Shown here: positions 50,856 through 64,000 of the stretch, piece by piece | Layout of the letters: every line of letters begins with the position of its first letter | Position numbering within the stretch: position 1 is the stretch's first letter | Origin: Octopus sinensis | Taxonomy: Eukaryota | Assembly: GCF_006345805.1 (NCBI RefSeq) | Contig: NC_043008.1 | Span: 40,610,001-40,674,000, forward strand | DNA length: 64,000 bases | Reading direction: 5' to 3' | Notes under the pieces: model-generated | Seen by the model: the letters and a program-made list of their open reading frames with translations, nothing else | What the model was told of the DNA's origin: nothing | Database searches by the model: none | Made by a program: the position numbers and the translations under genes

Positions 50856-51389
50856 CCAAATTGAATAGATTTGCAGGAAGGCTACCTCCTCCTTGGAATA
50901 TTCATTTTGAAGAATTTATAACATTGGAAGTAATCGTTCCGCTCTCAGTTCTAAGTGTAAGAATTGTTATCCGCCTCTTTGCGATTCTCTCAATAGCAAC
51001 AACAATTCCGGTTGCAGACACATTTGACAAACATCAACACTTTCGTAGCCATGAGCGGGAAAGAGAGCCGATTGCTTTCCTATTATCAAGTCATATTGTT
51101 TCAAGTCTGCTAAGATGTCTTTTCCCTTCAGACAGAACGGCATTATTTATGACAAATGTTTTCCGCACTCCCATCTTTCAACTTGCCAAACTCATTAATT
51201 ACTATGTCATTGGACTTGCAAAGAACCTGGGGGAACTGGTTTACTCAGCTTTTGTACTGTTTTTACTTAACGTTTACGCATATAATTTTGTGCTAAATCG
51301 GTGCTTTCATTGTTGGCTTCAGAATATCGTCCATACTATATCAAGCCAATTCATCATGCCGATCTGATTTTCTATAGTAATTTTGAATA

Positions 51390-51535
51390 TGTATGTATGT
51401 ATGGATGTATGTATGTATTTATATATTTATGTATGTATGTATGTATGTATGTATGTATGTATGTATGTATGTATGTATGCATGCATGTATGTATGTATGT
51501 ATGCATGTATCTATGTATGCATGTATGTACATATA
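51390..51535. repeat. (TATG)n repeat
   Basis: Directly visible. Confidence 0.95.
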
Positions 51536-52324
51536 CTTAAAAATAAGTATGTAAAGAGGTAAATATACCTGCACTGCTTCTATCAGCTAATATAAATTTT
51601 AACGACTCTTAGATATAGAGACAATTTACACAAATCAATCAGTATTATAAACATTTTTATTACGTAAGAAACAATAGAGTTATTTAAATAACTCTGATTA
51701 TCGATTTGAATGTAGTTAGTAACAAAGTTAATATCAACATGATTCAATTTGCATGCATTAAAATGAATATTTAATAAAACGTTACGAGACACATGTCATC
51801 ATTTTAATTACACACACAGAAACTGTGAGTGAAGTGATAATACTGAACTTGTCACTAATATCTGGAATTTTATAAGTTACGCCACAAACTACGGGATTGT
51901 AAAGTGCTGTCTAGACATAGCTATATCTTAAAATGTATAAGAATCCTTTCAAATGTATAAGAAATTTGAAAAGAAAATGCTGAAGCAAATTGATTTACTT
52001 ACAAAACATGCTTGATCAGCAAAAAGAAAACAAACAAAAGAATATATATAATTGCCACCATATTAGCTGATGGATGTTACAAAATATTATTATTTTCTGA
52101 AAGTCAATTACGTTCTTGAAATAAAAATGATCTGCCACTTAAAATAACTCATTTACATTGCACACTCACGAATGCTCACATTTATGCATATACTTACATA
52201 CATGCATTATTTACATGCAGGCGCGCATGTGTGTGTATCGAGAGACTGGCAGAGATAAAAAAAGAGTGCGAGATACTGGGATAGAAAATATATCGTTATA
52301 TATATATATATATGTATATATATA

Positions 52325-53505
52325 TAAATTTATTCCAAACATGAAAACACAAAGAGAAAACACAACAACGTGAGGACGTGGAACACGTTTAGTATTATTG
52401 GACGCTCAGGAAACAAGGAAAGAAGGAGGGATTAACGTTTCGAGCGAAGCTCTTCGTCAGAAACATGGGAAAAGGAAAGATCCAAAGAAGGGAAGACGGA
52501 GGAAAAAAAATCGCAAACGGTACACATGCGACATCTATATAATTATATCATATGTAAACAAAAGTAAGTTTGTTTTCGAAGCACTGAAATATATTGAATA
52601 TAATATAAAATCCTTAAAATGCAGAAAAATCTGTCACCAACCAGTAATGAGACCCCTACTCACATCAAGTTCCGGTCGACGTGCTTTACCATTCAAGCTA
52701 AACTGCTTCACTAACAGATTCTCCTGCAATTTAGAATTTATACGATTCACCCTCATTTCGAGCTTTCTATAACAATATTAGTCTTCATAGACAGTCGTTC
52801 CCATCAATTCTAAAATAAAATTTAGGAATTATGGAGGGGCAAAGTTGGGAAGAAAAACATGCCAGTGGAGATTTACAAGGAAACCGAACAAAAATATTTA
52901 CGGAGGGTCGTTACACCAGGACGAGAAGAAAAATAGTGAATAGTTTGGGGGAAAAGAGAAAATATAGAAGAGAGAGAAAAAACATGTCCGTTCTTTTGAA
53001 CGTCCGTGCAGGAAAAGAAAGATGGTCCCGTGGGAGTACCTTTTTGATGCAACTCTCTTCTCTATACTGTTTTCTTCCTCCATACTTCTCTAATTCCCTT
53101 TCTCTCACCTCCCTCCTTCACGCGTTCTCTATCTGTCTCTCTCTTCCCTCTTTCTATTTCCCTCTCTCTCGTTACTCACACGTGAACATCGTCCATCTAG
53201 CTTTTTCTCACGTGACCATCTTTCTTTTCCTGCACGGACGTTCAAATGATCGGACGTTTTTCTTCTCTCTCTCACTTCTATATCTTCCCTTTTCAAAAAA
53301 CCATCACCTATCTTTAAGGACTCGTATTGTCGGTGAATGCTCGAAATGAGGAGTAAAAAATACAGCCGACAACTGACGAAGACTTCTTTCCATGTGTTTC
53401 CTTGTCCTGTTTTCCATCTTTCTCGTTGTTTGAGTATTTACCTCATTGTTTCTCACGTATTTCATGCTGTTTGAACCATTGGTTAGATCCTGTACCCGTA
53501 TACGC

Positions 53506-53510
<5 letters not shown>
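52325..53510. mobile_element. Penelope-like composite: pLTR with hammerhead (minus strand) plus inverted partial copies of the P2 terminal region
   Basis: Hammerhead at 52430-52464; internal inverted repeat 52950-53035 / 53205-53295; similarity to 11660-12050. Confidence 0.65.
52430..52464 (-). ncRNA. Minimal type-I hammerhead ribozyme, canonical core
   Basis: Minus strand reads GUUU-CUGACGA-A-GAGC UUC GCUC-GAAA-CGUU-AAUC. The C3-A9 and G12-A15 core is intact, stem II has 4 bp, stem III is palindromic (A)ACGU(U), and stem I has 3 of 4 bp. Confidence 0.65.
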
Positions 53511-53574
<64 letters not shown>

Positions 53575-53653
53575 TATTTACTATTTGTTATTTAATTGAA
53601 GGCCACAATCCATTTCCAAGTGTATAGAAGTATTATATATATGTGTGTGTGGG

Positions 53654-53686
<33 letters not shown>

Positions 53687-54779
53687 TTTAATTCATACTG
53701 ATATTTGGATAAAAGAATTAGAAATAATTTTTTATGTAGAAGTGATAACTAATTTACTCACTACATTGCGTGTTAAAACTGTGTTTTGTAAAATTCGAAT
53801 CAGCACCTGAGCAGGCGTGGCGAATTTGGGATTGCGGTTCTGGTCGATGTTGTATCAGCTTGTAGTCTAAATGTTATACGTCTCATCAGAGAATGGGCCG
53901 AGTTACTAGGGACTGGGTGATTAATTAGGAGAAGTACCTTTCGTTTATCCTTTAGTTTAACCTTAAAACTTTTCTGAATTTTCTGAGATCAGTGACTATC
54001 CTTTCCCCTCTTACGCCTGTTGCTTCTATTGCAATGCCCGCTACTGCGTGATTTTCTTGTTGATACATTTTTCAACGAAATCTATTGATAAATTGATGAA
54101 CGAGTACTGTGATATGTTTTGAATTGGATATGAAATTTGCGAAAATGTATCTCTGTTGTGACATACAAATTTGAACACGGGGCAAAGGACGGATATGGAG
54201 GCTTCTCCTGTGGACAGGATGATAATCCAATTTGCATGCATTTCTGTCACTTGAACGCCATTTCATTGAGAAAATATTTCCATATACTCCATCGCAAGTA
54301 AGTATAATAAATAAATGAATACAAAAACTCGAAATAAAGTTAAATGCCTTTTCTGACAGTTTTACAATTTTATGTATAAAATTCCGTTAAAAGGATATTA
54401 AAAGCGGAATGATTTAATGATAACAAAATACGAATCTGAATTCAACACAACGGTATATAACATAGAAAACAAATAGAAAGGGCTAATACAGCTCTGATTT
54501 GTAAATTTTTAATTATACTTACTCAATCCGAAGAGTAATCCTACAGCATTTATGGTATGCAGCACAACACGTGAAAAACAAACCATTATTCCAAACATTT
54601 TATTCTGGTTAGGAAAATCAGAAATTCTTTAAAAATTCGCGAACTAATGGATTTTAGGAAAGTATTATTCCAATGTAAACTGGAAGGATTAATGATGAAT
54701 GAAATAAATCCTCACTACATTATTAAACACGCACTTTTATATACTTATACACAACTACACGCTTATATACACACATATA

Positions 54780-54862
54780 TGTGCGAACGTGTGTGACAAC
54801 ATGTATGTATATGTGTGTGTACACTTATATATACGTATGTGTGTGAGCGTATATTTTATATA

Positions 54863-54911
<49 letters not shown>

Positions 54912-54930
54912 ATATATATATGTATATCTG

Positions 54931-54963
<33 letters not shown>

Positions 54964-54969
54964 GCATAG

Positions 54970-55028
<59 letters not shown>

Positions 55029-55090
55029 CGTGTAAATATATGCATGTATATGTGTTTGCATACATACATATGTATGTGTGTGTGCGTATA
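54780..55090. repeat. (TA)/(GT) compound microsatellite
   Basis: Directly visible. Confidence 0.95.
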
Positions 55091-56059
55091 AATCGAGAGA
55101 AAAATCATAGAAAAAAACTTTCTGGATAAATTCCAACCGAAGCTAAATGAACGATAATAATGATACTTAGAGTTACTATTTCTACTGCTACGAACAACAA
55201 CAACAACAACAACAGTACTAAAGGTTCTCATGAAGATAGTAAGAAAATAAGAACAATCTTATTCGGGATTTTAAGTTTTATTACCACAGCTACTCATACC
55301 ACCGCCATCAACAAAGGGAGCAATAGTAAAGGCGATGATAATGCTGCTGATGATAATTGAAATGTAAAAATCCCTGGAAAATGTTGTTTCCAACATTTCT
55401 AAAGAAAAGGACACACAATTACTGATTTTGCCAGAGTCAAAATACAGGTCTCTTGATATGTTAATCAAACCGTGACCCCTAAATCAAACACCAATCAACT
55501 TAAATAATTTAGTTAAGTCATCCACTGATTGGTCCGAATAAAGTTTACAAAAGTTGACATTCTGGAGCCTATACAAATATATTTAAGGCACGCATTTTAG
55601 CCATCACACTATTGTAAAACATACTTGTCACTATATGAAGCTGAAGATTGTATTGTTTAATGCATGAAACTACCAGTTCAGTCAGAATAAACATTTAATA
55701 TTCTATCATTTCATTATATTATATTATCTTATAAGATTGTAAAGAATTCCAAATTTGATTTCCACGTTTTCTTTACAATCTAGATCTGGAAGTAAACGTA
55801 GATCATTTCCCCGTGTTGTTAAAAACAATAATAAGTAATTGAATATATATAATATATATATATATATATTATGCCAAAAACAGGACAGTAAACATAACGA
55901 AACCAAGTAAAAACCACAAACAAAACGCAAAGTCCATCAAGCAAAAATCAACAGGAAGATAAATTATAAACAGTGAAAAATCCATTTTTAACTTCAGGAC
56001 AACACACAGCGGAGAAAGAAAAAATCTAAGTGGATTACATACCCAAAACAACTGAACGA

Positions 56060-57580
56060 AAAGATCCTAAATAATTTAATTGCACAAAAGAGATCTTGAC
56101 AGTGATGGAATCCAACTCCTAATAAAAGGACTGAAATTCACAACTACACCAACAATCAGCCACCAAGAAGTAAAGGAGGATATCCCAAAATTCTATCGTA
56201 GAATTTTCCACCCAAAATGTAATGAGATTGATGACTCCCTAGTAAAGGCTTTTTGCAAAATTTCACACCACTAAAAGTAAGAAATAGCTATCTTGACCAA
56301 TATATTGATATTCTGTCTAAATTTCTCCTTAGACTCAATACTAAAGTTAAGCCACACATCAACAAATCGGAGATCTCTGCACTTAAACGATTACAGACCG
56401 ATCAACAATAATAATTAAACAAGCAGCTAAATGTGGTGTAATTGTTATTATGGAGGCCGAATACTCAAAGGATTTGGTTGAGCACCAACTGAATGACAGA
56501 AACATTTATTGTGAAATATCTTCAAATATAGACCACCACCACATCAGGAATAAGATCAACAACCTGATCACCAACTTTGAGCCCATGCCCAGCAACTTCT
56601 ACGGCTTACCGAAAACACACAATTCAAAAGATATTCAACATAGAGTAATAGAACAAAATTTTGAGTACGTAAAATTATTATATCCCAAAGACTTAAAACT
56701 TAGATCTATTATGGCTGGTCCAACATGCCCTTGCCACAATCTAAGCAATTTTATTGACATTGTTTTAAAAGTACTATGTACCTAAATACCTAGTTTCATC
56801 CGGGATGACATCGACATTCTGTTTCATCTTCCCACAACAATATAAACGAATTCACTTTTACTTAGTTTTGATGTGGTAAGTCTTTACACCAATATTCTAT
56901 ATGATTTAGGGGAAAAGATGGCGATTAAATTCTGGGTAGAAACACATAGAAAAGAAATTTCCAACAGATTCACACTGCCATTTATATTAACGACCGTCAG
57001 ACTCTTTCTTCTTAAGACAACACATTCTTCTTAAATGGAAAGTATTACATCCAAAGTAAAAGCAGGGCGATGGAAACGAGGTTTGCTCCCGTTTATGTGA
57101 ACTCTATTATAGAATACTTAGAGCGACGAATCTACCAAGAAGTAGAGAAAAACTACAGCACTGAATTTAGAAAGTATATTGCAGAGTCATGGAAGATATA
57201 CCTTGACGACTGCTTCATAATGTGAACAAACTCTCTAACTGCTCTGGAAGTGTTCAATACTTTTCTGAACAATCTACACCTGTCTCTTGAATTTACAAAG
57301 GAGATTACTAGATATAACGGTAATTACAAAGGACACTACCATTACCATACATATATACTACAAACAAATGGACACACGTCAATATTTGGATTTTAAATCG
57401 TGTCATCCACCACATACATAACACAACATACCATATGTTTATCCAGAAAAATGTGTACCGTTGTAGAAGACGCGAATGCCAGGAACAATCGCTGAACAGA
57501 ACTAAGCGAATTTTTGCTCAAACAAAAATGACCATCTCTACTAGTAGAAAATGGCATATAGTCGACATATATCAGTTTAA
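56060..57580 (+). mobile_element. Penelope-like element reverse transcriptase pseudogene (truncated before any GIY-YIG domain)
   Basis: LLIKGLKFTTTP, NFYGLPKTH, LRSIMAGP.CP...LSNFIDIVLK, SFDVVSLYTNI (56867-56896), YLDDCF (57199-57216), YYKQMDTRQYLDFKSCHPPH and ELSEFLLKQ..P..LVENGI; multiple stops and frameshifts. Confidence 0.9.
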
Positions 57581-57814
57581 GCTGAACAGTGTTTGCTTTG
57601 GCATATTACATTTAGAAAAACAGACGATTCCGATCAGCAATGACAGACACCGTAAACTAGTTCTTTCAGATGGATTTGATTGAATTAGTTATAAGGGATG
57701 CAAATTAGATATTGTACAGATCTTGCACGACCAGTTTCAGAATTTGAAGACCCAAAACTTTGAAACCAGTTCGCATGTACATATCTGTGTCCTAGTGATT
57801 ATTAGTGAAAGTGT

Positions 57815-57819
<5 letters not shown>

Positions 57820-57870
<51 letters not shown>

Positions 57871-58780
57871 GCACACGCAGGTCATATGATACGCACGAAT
57901 CCTCACATCCACAAACGTTGCACCATACACTTATAAATCGTTGTATCTGTATTAGCATCAATATGACAACACTGGAATGCCTCCTGGTATTTACTTTCAT
58001 ATTTCCACGTACTGACTTCAAATCTCAACTCGCGCAATCTTTATGACACTAAACCTTTGAATGAAAGCAAAATTAACACCATAAACAACACTGTGAGCAC
58101 ATTTAATCATTCAGTATTTTGATTCTTGAACTTTTGGCATTTCTCAATGGATGATGATCGGAGGTTACATCCGGTGCTTATCTATATACTATTTATTGTG
58201 TTTCTTAATCAACTGCCATATAAAATGTGTGTGTATATACATACATATGTGTGTATATTATTTTATGTATGTATATATATATATATATATATGTGTATGT
58301 ATGTATGTATATGTATTTATATATAAGTGCGTGTGTGTGTGTACATATACGTTTATATGTATGTACGTAGATATGTAAGTATATATGGCGCATAAATGTG
58401 TGTGTGTGTTTGAGTATGAGTACGCATGTATGTCTACTTCTCGATGTATATGTGGGGTCTCTTTGCATTATAGTTATTAACTACCGATTCCAGACTTATG
58501 GTTGGGTTAAAGCTTCTGGGAAATCTACCTACGTTATTTGCAATCGCACGATCGCAAACACGGAAAGAGATTCACATACATGTATCAGCCCCGTCTGTGG
58601 GTGAAACTGTATCTATACACACGCAGGCACACACACAAATACACACACATACATATACATATATATATATATACATCCATATAGATGTATATGTTTCTGT
58701 GTGAATGCGTACGTGAGTTCTTATATGTATCAACACTCTCTTACACACGCACACACATTTACATATATACATATTATAGA
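57820..58780. repeat. Series of (TA)/(GT)/(CA) microsatellites
   Basis: Directly visible at about 57820-57870, 58230-58430 and 58610-58780. Confidence 0.85.
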
Positions 58781-59389
58781 AGCATTCGTTTCAGAGAAAT
58801 CACGCAAAATATTAAAGTAGAAATCTATGGCAAGCTATATTTTACAATTTATAATTTTCTCTATTGTCCAAAAAATAAAATGCAATAATGCAAGGAGACA
58901 CGGAGGAGAGAAATTGTATTAAATCGACTGGCAAATGAAAAATAACGCATCTAATCAATAAATATAATCAAAGAAGTACAAACATGAATATAAAGTCAAT
59001 GAAGGGGTAGAAAATTTAGCCATTCCCTATTTCTTTCTTAATGTTTAAAAAATGTAACATCGATTCTATGAATATTACTTGTTAATATATAAAAGAATAG
59101 AAATTCTCAATTTTTTTTGTGTGTGTTAATGTTTTCGTCGATGTGTTTTTCTTCGAATATTTCAATAATAGTTTCGAAAATAACTTGTTTCAATCTTTTC
59201 TTCTGTGAGGCACCCAAAAAATTATTAAAACATTTTATGTTCGTCGGTATATATGAGTGTATGTGTGTGTATTGTTGTGTGAGAGCGTGTGTCTGTGTGT
59301 GGTTGCGAGTGTATGTATGTGCGTGTGTTGGTTCCAAATTGTGCACATCTTGATGTGAATGTATTAACAAGCGCATACGCATATTGCAT

Positions 59390-59552
59390 ATATACACACT
59401 CACTTATATAGCTTAGCGTCTCTACATATGTGTGAGTATATATATGCAAAAATAGTTTGTATATGTACATATATATTCATATAATCGCCTATATATATAT
59501 GTATATATATATATATATATATATAAATATGTAAATATATATATATGCATGG

Positions 59553-59588
<36 letters not shown>

Positions 59589-59625
59589 GCATATATATAT
59601 GTATATATATATATACATATGTATG

Positions 59626-59663
<38 letters not shown>

Positions 59664-59719
59664 ATATATAAATATATATATATAATATAAATATAAATAT
59701 AAATGTAATATATATATAT

Positions 59720-59781
<62 letters not shown>

Positions 59782-59830
59782 AATATATATATATTTACAC
59801 ACACGGGCGCACGCACACACACACATATGC
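59390..59830. repeat. Long interrupted (TA)n
   Basis: Directly visible. Confidence 0.95.
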
Positions 59831-60109
59831 ATATAGGCATCATCACGGTTTGTTTTATTGAAAATATTGCTGACTAATGCTTACATCTCTATTCTCAACA
59901 AATTGTTGCCGCTATCACTATTGTCGCTTTTCTTCTTTTTTTCTTCTTCTTTGTTCTAGTCTACCGTATCTGAGCGCGTCTCAGCCATATATTGCCGTTC
60001 TTACACAACATCTGCACAATAAACAATCATGTATATTGATTCGTGATTGTAAAATGTTTTGAACGTTGTTTTATGTAAGATGTTTTTGCCCATTTGATGT
60101 GGGTTTTTT

Positions 60110-60728
60110 ATACACACACTCACGCACACACATACACACACATATATATATATATATATAAACATACAGAGGCATGTATATATACATACATATTGCGTAT
60201 ACATACATACATACATACAAACATATATACATATCTATATATTTATACACACATATATATATATATATACATATGTTTGTATGTATTCCAGCCAGAATGT
60301 ATTATTTCATATTGTATAGTTTTCACTTATCTATATTTTATATCAGAAATTGAAGTGGCAGTATTGTAGGCTATAGATTATTTTTCTGGCTTTGCAGATA
60401 TTTTGTGTATTGACATTCGTGCGCGTACGTTATGTGCGTAACTCTGTCTTTGTAAATATGGGTATATTTTAAATAATATATAGAATTCAATTGGCTATAT
60501 TGCCCTTTTTTATATTTATATTTTCATCGCAATATAAAATGACAAGCATTCAGTAAGGCTCAAATACAGCTCATTATATTTTCATACACAGACACAGACA
60601 GACACACGCGCCCATGTACACACACACTCTCATCTCTGGAAATATATATACATATATATATACATACACACACACACACACATATATATATATACGTATA
60701 TATATATACATACATATATACATATATG

Positions 60729-60772
<44 letters not shown>

Positions 60773-60802
60773 TATATATATATACAGATATATATATATA
60801 AT

Positions 60803-60836
<34 letters not shown>

Positions 60837-61365
60837 GTACACATATGTAGAGACATGTTTATTCATATCTCCCCATGGGTGCGTACGTTTGTGTTTATTG
60901 TGTTCTGTATTGTATAAAAATCGCAGTTTTTCATTTATTTTATTCTATTTATTTCAATATATATGAAAACTTAAACGAATGCGACTTTCAGTTTCATATC
61001 AAAGTAATTTTCCCAATTACAAACACTCACGTACACATACACACAAAAACATACGTATACATATGCATACACACATATATGTATGTATATTTATATATGA
61101 TCAGGTGAGCATATGTACTTACATCTTCTTATCTGTCTACCACTCTGTCTCTCTATATAGATGTATGCATATAGATGTATATATACACACACATATATAC
61201 ATACATATATATATATATATGTGTGTGTATGTGTGTGCGTGTACATAGATATATACATATATATAGACATGTATGTATACGTATATATGTTTGTATGTGT
61301 ATCGTAAGTGTGCATTTAACATATATTGACACATATATACATGCCTGCATACACACATATAATTT
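60110..61365. repeat. Series of (CA)/(TA)/(GT) microsatellites
   Basis: Directly visible at about 60110-60280, 60590-60850 and 61030-61365. Confidence 0.88.
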
Positions 61366-64000
61366 GGACACGATATTTTAATGGTTTCATTTAAGACACT
61401 TTCATCTGCAATGCAATTCTCATTTCTTCAATCTCTATGATAAAACTATATATATTTTTTGAAGCTTTCTCTTTCAGATGCTTGTTAGAAACCATTTATT
61501 TTCCAATTGAATTTTTTTTTACTGAATTTTCGTTCATTCTTTTGTCTATTTTGCCATTCATTTTTTTGTTGTCGTTCTTAATAATACTGCTTTGATGTTC
61601 AATAAAAATATCCTGCAGAGTATTTTTTTGATTGTTTGGCAGTATGGACACGTAAGTGTATGTATTTGAGTATGCTCTGGCGTGTAATGTAAATATTCTT
61701 ACCTAGCCATAGCCGAAGCAACAATACTCTTATACTATACCTGGTTGAAATGTACCTTAGTAATCTACTATGAAACGCTATGAGCAGAGGTTGCATTTAG
61801 AATCTTTTATTATATGTGTAAGAAGTCTAGATCGGTCTATTTCCGGAAAAAAATTATTGAAATATTGAAATGTATCCCTTAAAAAATTACCTCATTTAAA
61901 ACATTGAAGGCAGATATAAACCGCGAATTATACGCCTTGTTTTTGTGTTATCCATTTAGTGCGGATCGGTAATAAAATTATTTCTACTCCGGTAATTTAA
62001 TAAATTTCCCACAGATAGTCTATGTAGTGCTCCATTGTCTTATCTGCAGCCTCTCTTCTTAAGAAACGGGCATGTAATTCTTTTGGATGTGTATTTATTT
62101 CTATAGATGTATATTCACCTTTCTTTAGCAAGCCTCGCAATCACTGAATCTTATTCTTTATTTCATAGGTCAAACATTTGGTATATGGGTGTTTCATTCC
62201 AGAAACATGTCATAGTTACTCTCTGAGCTCGATTTTATCGACTTTCTCTCTTTCCCCATCTTGCTGACCTTTTGCCAACATTTAAAGTCAATATAACTGT
62301 GCCATATTTCAAAACATAGAATATATAGTTACTTACTGAATCGGAGAGGAGGATTATTATTAATGCTAAGATTGTAGTTTTGATATATGTTTAATTACGT
62401 TCTAACTTCAAATCTTGCATGGATTCCATTTGCTTCTCACTTATTCGGAGTCTGTGTAAAAAAATAATGAAATTTCAGTGATTCTGCCTGTTTAAATGTA
62501 TAGTCTTTCCCAAATTTGGAACACATGTTTTTGGTTTCATAAATCTTAACGACAACATGAAACGATATTTGGAAAAAGGATAATATATTTAGTGTATCAT
62601 AACTATTACGTGATCCTTGGTCAACAACATCCATTTAGATTCTCATCGATAGACAATATCCTGTAGATAAACACATGGCATAATGTAGGAGAGAATTTTA
62701 CTTTGAATTAAGATAAGTTTTGAGTTAAAATCGCACTTTAGTTTGTAACACACTATGAACAGAGAGAAAATGTATGTTAATAAAATATCTCCAAACTTCG
62801 TATCCTGAGCTACTTTTCAAAAATGAAACCCAAGAATGATGTTTTAATTTTGATTGCATAACAAAGAAACGTTCTGTTCTCTGAAAAACTCTTATTCATT
62901 GCAACATATGACATTTATTTACTGGGTAAATTAGTTACGTAAGTGAACAAACAAATTTATGTCGAAGTAAAAATTTGATATTTAACGTGTTTAACACATT
63001 CAGATACCCTAACCTGAGGGTATCTGAAAAATCTTACGAAAATTTTCTCTTCTAAAGGAGTGTATAAAATCACATTAGGTTGTGAATGATATCATTGGAT
63101 CGTAGAAAGCATGCGTTTCTACTTCGCTATATCTCATCAGGTACGAATATCAAACATGTATTTTCCCTCTTCAAAGAAACGATTCCTTTTAACATAAAAA
63201 GAGAAAATAAATATCTTCTGATCATGAAAACGAAACGAAAAACATCGCCCATTCTCTTTTAGTTTAATCAAAATAATATACAAATGATAACCTAAAGGTT
63301 TTCAAATCATTGATTTCGCTGTGGATGAAGGACTATTTGAGTAAAAATATATGGCAACATGGTTGCTCGGAGTTATGGTAAGAGTATCTTTGGTAAGAGT
63401 TTAAATATAATTATTTTAATAGAACAAATTGGGCATGCATAATTTTAATTGCATCAATAATTTTTGCGAGGATTTTATATTAATCAGAATTAAATGATTG
63501 TAGTTAGAAGAGTCTCAAATATCAAAAATCAATCTTCTGCATTACAGAAACAAGTCGATATTTTTCTAAGTGCTACAGGGAAAGAAGCCTGCACACTTTA
63601 AAATAAATTGGAAAACACGTGTAGCAAATGAACCGAGTATTAGTCTTATTTGACAGAGGGTTGGTTAGATTTCCAAACTTTTAAATTATATATTTTTATA
63701 CTTTATTGTCGTAGGAGTGTTGTTTATCTGCCAAATTTTCCCACATATTTCTTTTAAATTAGTTTAATTTGTTCATTATCAATAAAGAATAATATTTGCA
63801 CATGCAAAAAGAACTAATGGAAAATCCCTAAATTGCACTTTCTGCATAATTATGGAGAATTTAATTGCAAAGGGAGAAATTTAATTGCATATTTCACATA
63901 TTTTATAACCCTACGTAATTAACGATTCCTGGTGTTTATGGGAGGTTTAATTCGTTTTAACATTTCTACCCAAATCCCTATCAAAAATGTCAAAAAACAT

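Noticed and set aside
54191-54300. GYGGFSCGQDDNPICMHFCH, a defensin-like C-x7-C-x3-C pattern
   Set aside because: It lacks the C-terminal CxC and a signal peptide, and there is no start codon in frame.

Overview
AT-rich animal genomic DNA that looks intronic or intergenic. It is saturated with microsatellites ((TA)n, (CA)n, (AAT)n, (GATA)n, (TATG)n) and decayed transposable elements. The repeat families resemble those I recall from Octopus/cephalopod genomes; this is an inference, with no database search run. I recognise no host protein-coding gene, and most ORFs in the supplied track are microsatellite artefacts or TE fragments. Supported content: at least six tRNA-derived or short-tailed SINE families, several Tc1/mariner relics (maT/DD37D-like and mariner), a Tigger/pogo relic, a hAT (Tip100-like) relic, a Chapaev-like relic, a CR1/L2-type LINE RT fragment, and Penelope-like element (PLE) pieces including an RT pseudogene. 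The most interesting signals are three. First, minimal type-I hammerhead ribozyme motifs sit in PLE termini: one has a canonical core and two share a non-canonical A6U core. Second, a 31-bp-stem, pre-miRNA-sized hairpin was created in situ inside a SINE, apparently by template switching. Third, there are local inverted and tandem duplications of SINE/PLE/microsatellite blocks.
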